DNA of 64,000 nt, from NCBI RefSeq assembly GCF_009914755.1, contig NC_060929.1; one strand, 5' to 3'. This DNA comes from the human T2T-CHM13v2.0 reference genome, Homo sapiens. Below, piece by piece: positions 53,940 through 64,000 of this stretch (positions within the stretch are counted from its first letter, which is position 1; each line of letters opens with the position of its first letter). Position numbers and translations under genes: made by a program. The notes beneath the pieces are model-generated. The model was not told the DNA's origin. It saw only the letters and a program-made list of their open reading frames with translations, and did no database searches.

Positions 53940-55900
53940 CTGTAGCTTGCCTTTCAACTTTTTTATGATGTCTACTGATGAACATAAATCTTATATTTAG
54001 TTAATAATCTTTATTTATAGTTCATTTTTATTTTGAAATAAAATTAATCCTTTCCTAACATGAAGATATAAAACGTCCTCTTGTATTTCGAGAAATGATT
54101 AAGTATTTTGTTTTTCACATTGAAACATTTAGTTTGTATTGAATTAATTTTTATTAATGGTTCATATATGGATTACATTTCAATTTCTTGTTCCTTTTGG
54201 ATGTCCAATTATCTGAGCACCATTATTATTAATTTCTTTAAAAAATAAACTTATTTGGTTTAGCTGTAAATGTATTCATTCAATAGATCAATCTTTATGA
54301 CATTGAATACACCTGTCTTTGAAATAGTATATTGCTTAATTTATTTAGGTATTTTATATATTCCAGAGTGTTTCATGTTTTAACCTTGAAACTCTGGCCT
54401 ACTTTTTATATCTATATCCCCTTTACCTTATAGTTTCATCATTCTTATTAAATATTGTTTTTTAAAATGTTTTATAACTTTTTATTGATAAATAGAAATG
54501 AAATTCATTGTTTATGCTGAAATCTACAACCTTACTAAATTCTTAACTAACTCTAATAATTACAACTTGTCTATAAATAGGCTTTAGGGGCTTTAATACA
54601 AATATTCATATGATTCATTAATAAAAGTGTTTTTTTTCCTCTCAAAATTCATTTTTTTCTGCACTGACTTGGATTCTTAGTGCAATTTTACATAGAAAAT
54701 GTTCTTTGTTTTGCTGCTGATTCAGAGGAAATGCTTCTAATGTTTTAGCGAGGAAATTATATTTGCTAAATGTTTTTAATAGAGTTTAGGAGGTTATAGA
54801 AGTTTCTTCATATCTCTGATTTGCTAGGGATTGTAGGTTGAATGGGTCATAAGTTTCATCATGTGCTTTTTCTACACATTTTTAAAGGACAATATGGATT
54901 TTTATTTTATAATATGTTAGTGAGCTGAGTTAAATTTATGTATTTTATAATGTGAAACCTTCATTGAATTTCTAGGATATCTTCTTAAAATATAATAATA
55001 TGTTGCTACTAATATTTTGTGTTAGATTGTTTTCTGTATCTCTTCAAGGTACTAACTTAGTTTTGCTATCAAGTTAACACAAGACTTATTAAATGAGTTG
55101 CTTTTTCTTTTCTCTTTATTCTATTTTGTTTATGAACTTGCTTAATGCTGTAATTATAAATTACTTGAAGTTCGTGTGAACTCACCTGTAAAACCATCTG
55201 GGCCTGGTGTCTTCCTTCTAAGAAGTTGTTAATCATAGGTTTAATTTATATAGTGTTTTAAGATAACTTACATTTCTCTTTATTCTTCAATAAGTCTTAC
55301 TATCTATTTCAAGATATCTGTCAATTTAATTTTTACATTTTAATTTTTATTGGCATTGAGGTTTTCATGACACTCTCATTAATTTTTTAATGCATGCAGT
55401 ATCATTATGAAGTCCTCCGTTCAATTTCCAATATTGCAATTTCTCTCCCTCTTTTTATCAGTCTTGTTAGAGGTATACTTTTTTATTAGTCTTTTCAGTA
55501 TAGCCACATTTTTTACTTTCTTTAATCTCTCTATTGCATCTTTAAGAAACCAAACTGTAGTAACACTGCTCCTGAGAAAATCTGGGCTTTTTCCAGAATC
55601 CAGGGAAAACTACCAACCTGAACTCACTTCAGCTCTCTTCAGTGTTCATAGATCCATGGGATAATTTCAGGGTCAGATTTTCTCTATGTTTTGTGGAAAA
55701 TATCAGAATTAGTTTCTCTGTTTCCAATCTGACATTACCATTTCTCCTGAATGCAACCTGGTTTTCTGTGTACTAGTTTGCAAGGGTCAGTTTTTACCTC
55801 ACTGTTTTTTTTTTTTTTTTGTATTTTTATTTGGATATTTTCTTTGCTTATAACAGTGCTTTAAAAGTATATTTGTTGTAAATTATCTAGGATAATTATG
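53940..55900 (-). mobile_element. Ancient L1M fragments
   Basis: 'tgtagcttgcctttcaac', 'aactcacctgtaaaaccatctgggcctggtg' are antisense L1 ORF2 motifs. Confidence 0.65.
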
Positions 55901-56142
55901 TAGTCTAGCGAGAAGTCCCTTCAGGGTATCTTTCTGTCTTCCTACTGGAAATGGAATTCCCTCTGAGATATTTTCAAAGTTTTAGATATTTCATATAACC
56001 CGTACTTAAATATTTGATTTCTGGAAATATGCATTCTCTGAAGTTGCATCTTCAAGCCTTCAGGTAAATTGTGAAAGTAATTTAGTATGCAGCAATTGAA
56101 ACCTTAGCTGTTATATTTTGAAAATATGAAAATGAAAATAAA

Positions 56143-56422
56143 GGCCAGGCGCAATGGCTCACACCTGTAATCCTAGCACTTTTGGGAGTCCAAAGCGGTG
56201 GATCACTTTAGGCCAGGAGTTCAAGACCAGCCTGGCCAACACGGCGAAACCCTGTCTCTACTAAAAATACAAAAATTAGTGGGGCTTGGTGTTGTGTGCC
56301 TGTAATCTCAGCTACTCAGGAGGCTGAGGCATGAGAATTGCTTGACCCCAGGAGGCGTAGGTTGTAGTGAGGTAAGACTGGGCCACTGCACTCCAGCCTG
56401 GGCGACAGAAGGAGACTGGCTC

Positions 56423-56456
<34 letters not shown>

Positions 56457-56490
56457 CAAAAAAAAAAAAAGAAAGAAAGAAAATAAAGAA
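56143..56490 (+). mobile_element. AluS (Sz/Sx) with (CAA)n-derived tail
   Basis: Full dimer; (CAA)~11 at ~56422-56455; TSD gaaaataaa. Confidence 0.92.
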
Positions 56491-56599
56491 AATAAATTTC
56501 TTTACACTGAGAGAAATCCCTTTCCAAAGCTAATATCTTGCCAAGTGTTTCATATCATATTTTAGGTCTCTTGATATTACCAAAAAGGGAATGGAAAAA

Positions 56600-56815
56600 C
56601 TAACATTTATTGAGCCCCTGCAATGTGCCAGATATTTTATTTGTTGTTCTTTATTTGCCAGCTCAGTAAATCCTCAGACCAATTTTATGACCGTTATGGT
56701 CATTTTTAATTTGAAGAAAGAGAGAGATGAAGATATTTACACAGTCTAATAACAATTGAGGGACTCAAATTGAGGTTTGCTTGACCTCAATGTTATTCTA
56801 CCATATACTACTGCT
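56600..56815 (-). mobile_element. MIR
   Basis: 'aacatttattgagcccctgcaatgtgccag', 'gggactcaaattgaggtttgcttgacc'. Confidence 0.7.
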
Positions 56816-56874
56816 AGCTCTATTTTATAAGTGTGGAAATTGAGGTTTCCAAAGTCTAAAAAATAACTTATCTA

Positions 56875-60256
<3,382 letters not shown>

Positions 60257-61125
60257 GGAACAAAAATTAATAAAGGGAAATTCTGTATTTACAAAAAAAA
60301 AGTAACTTATCTAGATAAAAAATGAACATGGTTCACCCTAATTCCAAACTCTATGCACTTTTTAACATATTTTGCTGCACAAATGCTTCATTACCACCAT
60401 ATGAAATATAGATAATACCTCAAGTGTCTCATATTTGTCAATGATCAGGTCTCTGAGAACAGCATTTTGTATCACAATTCCTTTAAGTCATGTATTAGCA
60501 CAGACATTGACTATCTAATTTTTAGACTACTATGGTAATGACTTTTGTCCTGTTCCCAACACAATCAGTATCATTGCAAAATTGCTTTATTGCTCTGTTA
60601 CTAATTAAATTATAACTTTTCCCCATTCAATAATTCCAAATATTTTTCCTTATTTTTTTCTATTAAATTTCTTTATTCTGGAATTCAAGACCCTTTGCAC
60701 TCCTTTCTTTGCATAAACCTTCCCCTTTTAAAACTATGTTCAACCTATTATTTTGCTCCAGTAAAGTAATACTGACTTCAAACATTTTTGTAACTTTTTC
60801 AAGCAATTCTATAAATTTTTATGATTAAATATTGATAAGTTGTGTCATTCCCTCCCCCTTCAGTTTAAGTTTGTTAGCTGGATTTTATTTAAGAGTGATT
60901 ATCCTAGGAAAGATTTCCTGGGTGAGGGTCACTGGGTGAATTATTTGACTTTTGTTTAGTATTCTGCTCTGCTATAGATTCCTCAGGTGCTTTCTGGTTC
61001 ATATTAGTAAAGTAATGATCAAAATCCCCTAAATTATAATTCCCCAAAAGAATGTGGACTATGTGTTGGTAATAATATCACGATATTGTATGGAAGCCAG
61101 TGGTTAATATGAGGTATACACGTGA

Positions 61126-61510
61126 GCTATGAACAGAACTGCATCACCTCAAAATTCATATGTTGAACTCCTAACACTCAATATGACGTGATAGTATTGG
61201 AAGATTGAGCCTTTGGAAGGTAATTACATTTAGATGAGGTAATGAGGGTAGAGCCCTCATGGTGACATTAGTAGCTTTGTAAGAGACACTGGAGAGTTTG
61301 TGCTGTCTCTCTCTCTTTTCCCTGCCATGTGAAGATTCAGCCAGAACATGGCTGTCTGCATGCCAAAAGAGGGCGCTTACCAGAAACCGACCATTTCTGA
61401 CACCCTGATCTCATAATTTCATCCTTCAAGACTGTGAGAGAAAAATGTCTATTGTCTATGTATGCAGTTTATGGTATTTTGTTATGTCAGCTTGAACAGA
61501 TTAATATACA
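61126..61510 (+). mobile_element. MLT1A/MLT1A0 LTR
   Basis: 'caaaattcatatgttgaa', 'gggtagagccctcat', 'gactgtgagagaaaaatgtcta..tatggtattttgttat'. Confidence 0.85.
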
Positions 61511-61799
61511 TATGTATAATATGTAGTATATATGTGTGTATTCACACATGTATGATTTATGGGCTCCTTGCCATTAATACAATGGGCATTTGATGAATAT
61601 TTCTTGTTTTTATTCCATATGGTATAGTTAAATGTGAAGATATCATAGAAGTTATGAATTTAAGACTGGTAGAGAAAGATGAAAAAACAGAGTTTGAGGA
61701 AAGCTCATGATAGAGTACCTAAGATAAACTCTTTAAGGGTTGTTTTAGAATTGAAGATGAGAAAGGAATACACACGCATACACAGACACACACACATAC

Positions 61800-62540
61800 A
61801 TGCTTTTAGTCAGTTTCTATAAATTGAAATTATTATACCTTATAGGGCAAGTTGGGACAAACTGAGCCCAATCTGGTCATTCCAGTTCAATTTTGTAATT
61901 TAAATACTCTCTTTTGGCAAAAAAGTATTTTACAACTCCTTTTTCTCTCTCTTTTTCTTTTATTTTGTGGAATCAGCATTCAACAAGACAAGCAAAACTA
62001 AAACTATAATAGATAAATGAGAGATTGAATAGATGATAAATAGATATAAAGATTATAAAGTATCCTTGAGAATTGGCTTACATATTTGTTGGAACTGCTT
62101 GAACATGCTCTCTAAGGCTGTGTTTCCGTGATGCAGGTTGAAGTCTACAGGGCAGGCAGTAGTCAGGGAGTGAAATCCCAAGTGGATTAGAACCCACAAG
62201 CATGAGCTGGAACCTCAAGATGACAGAAGGAAATCTGTATCTGTTCTTCTTGCTTCCAACCTTGGTAATAAAGTTATCTTACAGAAGCCAGGGCCCTGCA
62301 CTGCATAGCCAAACACGTATCAACATAGTTGAAGAGTCAGAGAAGCGGAAGGATGCTACAGGAGACCAAGGAGCAATTGCAGGCCTAATTGATTTCCTGT
62401 CCTAAACTTAAAGCAGAATATACTACTTAAACTTTTTATTGTTTTCTCCTATTTTTTAGTATATTAGTGGTATCTTAATTTACCTATTTCACATCTGCCT
62501 TTGAACACATGAAGTAGCCATCAAAATTAACATTCTTTAC
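61800..62540 (-). mobile_element. MLT2E/F-like ERVL LTR
   Basis: 'gagaattggcttacat', 'caggttgaagtctacagggcaggcag', terminal 'aaaattaac'. Confidence 0.45.
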
Positions 62541-63249
62541 AGTATAAAATGATTGCTATGATCTGAATCAGGTAACAGTGGGTCCTGTTCTGAAATTGTT
62601 GAAATGATTTGAAACTAGGCATTATTAAGGATAAAGTAAATTCGCTCGTAAGCCTCAAATTGTACTCCTTATATACATATATGAGGATATAAAAGGTTTT
62701 TTAATGAAACTTTTCTAATTGTATAAAACTTTGCATTCTTGTATTATGAAGCTTAGAAGAACTTAAGCATAATAAATACACCAATTTCCAAGGAGAATTC
62801 TTAAATTAATCACTGCTGGAATTGAAAAAGAAGTGTATAAAACCAGAATTGCAAAACTTAGCCTATCACCTAATTGTAGCTTATATGGAAGAGAAATTTA
62901 GACTTCTTCAAATTTTTATTTGAAGATAGTTGAGAGAGTACTGTGAGTTTTCTCTCACTCATTTATGGCAGCATTAAAAGTCCCATAAGGGAAGTATTGA
63001 TTAAGCTGCTTTTAGGGGAAGAGTATACTTTCAAGGAATAAAACTTGTTATGACTGGATGCTTCGTGATCGGCGAAATCTCATAGGCTTGCCCTTTATTG
63101 CTTCAGAGCCCAACCTCCAAAAACTTGCACTATTACAAGGACGAGATTAATTTCTAACCCTCAAACCTTCATTTCCAAGAACTACCCAGAGTTCAAAAAT
63201 ACTACAAATATATATTCCAAATAAAATTCCTCTTCCACTTTTTATTCTT

Positions 63250-64000
63250 TGTCAAAATAATGCTCCAGCTGGCAGACAAAATGGACTCCCTGTGACTCAC
63301 TGAGATGTTCAAAAGTTGAAATAGAACCAGGCAGGCATGACAGAATGAGGGAGCCGTCATGGACTCTGCATTTTCAGAAAATGTTTCAAAACCTCCTTTT
63401 TGTTATCAAACCAGACCAGTTCTTTCTATCAATGTTGAAACAAACTACAGCTAAAAATTCCTCAACAGGGCCGGGCGCGGTGGCTCACACTTGTAATCCC
63501 AGCACTCTGGGAGGCCGAGGCGGGCGGATCACGAGGTCAGGAGATCGAGACCATCCTGGCTAACACGATGAAACCCCGTCTCTACTAAAAATACAAAAAA
63601 TACAAAAAAAAAAAAAAAAAAAAATTAGCCGGACGTGGTGGCAGTCGCCTGTAGTCCGAGCTACTCCGGAGGCTGAGGTAGGAGAATGGCGTGAACCCGG
63701 GAGGCAGAGCTGGCAGTGAGCGGAGATTGTGCCAGCCTGGGCGACAGAGTGAGACTCCGTTTCAAAAAAAAAAAAAAAAAAAAAAAAGATTCCCCAACAG
63801 ACCACCAGGCCACCACAACTGACCACCTGGAGCCACCCAATAAAAGAAACTTGTGGTTTTGGACTTAAAATTCATCCATTCAGGACTCTGCCCCTAATCT
63901 CCACCTACCCTCAGGTTTTTTCTTTATAATCTTAGACTCTTTTGGCCTAGATCAATGCAAACTTTGTTTTGATCCAAAGGCTAGGTCTCCCCAATCTACA
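63250..64000 (+). mobile_element. ERV1 LTR (MER90/MER110-like) interrupted by AluY
   Basis: 'gcagacaaaatggactccctgtg..aaatagaaccagg'; sequence resumes after the Alu TSD. Confidence 0.5.
63469..63787 (+). mobile_element. AluY with expanded middle A tract and 10-bp right-arm deletion
   Basis: AluY diagnostics 'gatcgagaccatcctggctaacac', 'gagaatggcgtgaacccggg'; CpG-rich; TSD aaaaattcctcaacag / aaagattccccaacag. Confidence 0.95.

Overview
AT-rich primate (probably human or great ape) non-coding DNA dominated by transposable elements: L1PA6/7, L1PB, L1M, AluJ/S/Y/FAM, MIR, L2, THE1/MST/MLT MaLRs, ERVL, LTR2, LTR12 and MER82. I cannot support any host protein-coding gene: the recognisable ORFs come from L1, THE1, LTR or Alu sequence and the rest look like chance frames. 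I found no new biological system. The notable features are mutational and retrotransposition footprints: (i) a 67-bp piece of a THE1A LTR copied 3.7 kb away into a deleted Alu, with a snap-back junction, plus several other templated insertions; (ii) an ancient U6/L1MB chimeric retrocopy; (iii) two L1PA insertions with 3' transductions, one also 5'-inverted; (iv) a four-level nested L1/THE1D/LTR12 structure; (v) a ~150-bp imperfect hairpin in unique sequence. Subfamily names are from recalled consensus sequences and need RepeatMasker/Dfam confirmation; boundaries of old elements are approximate.
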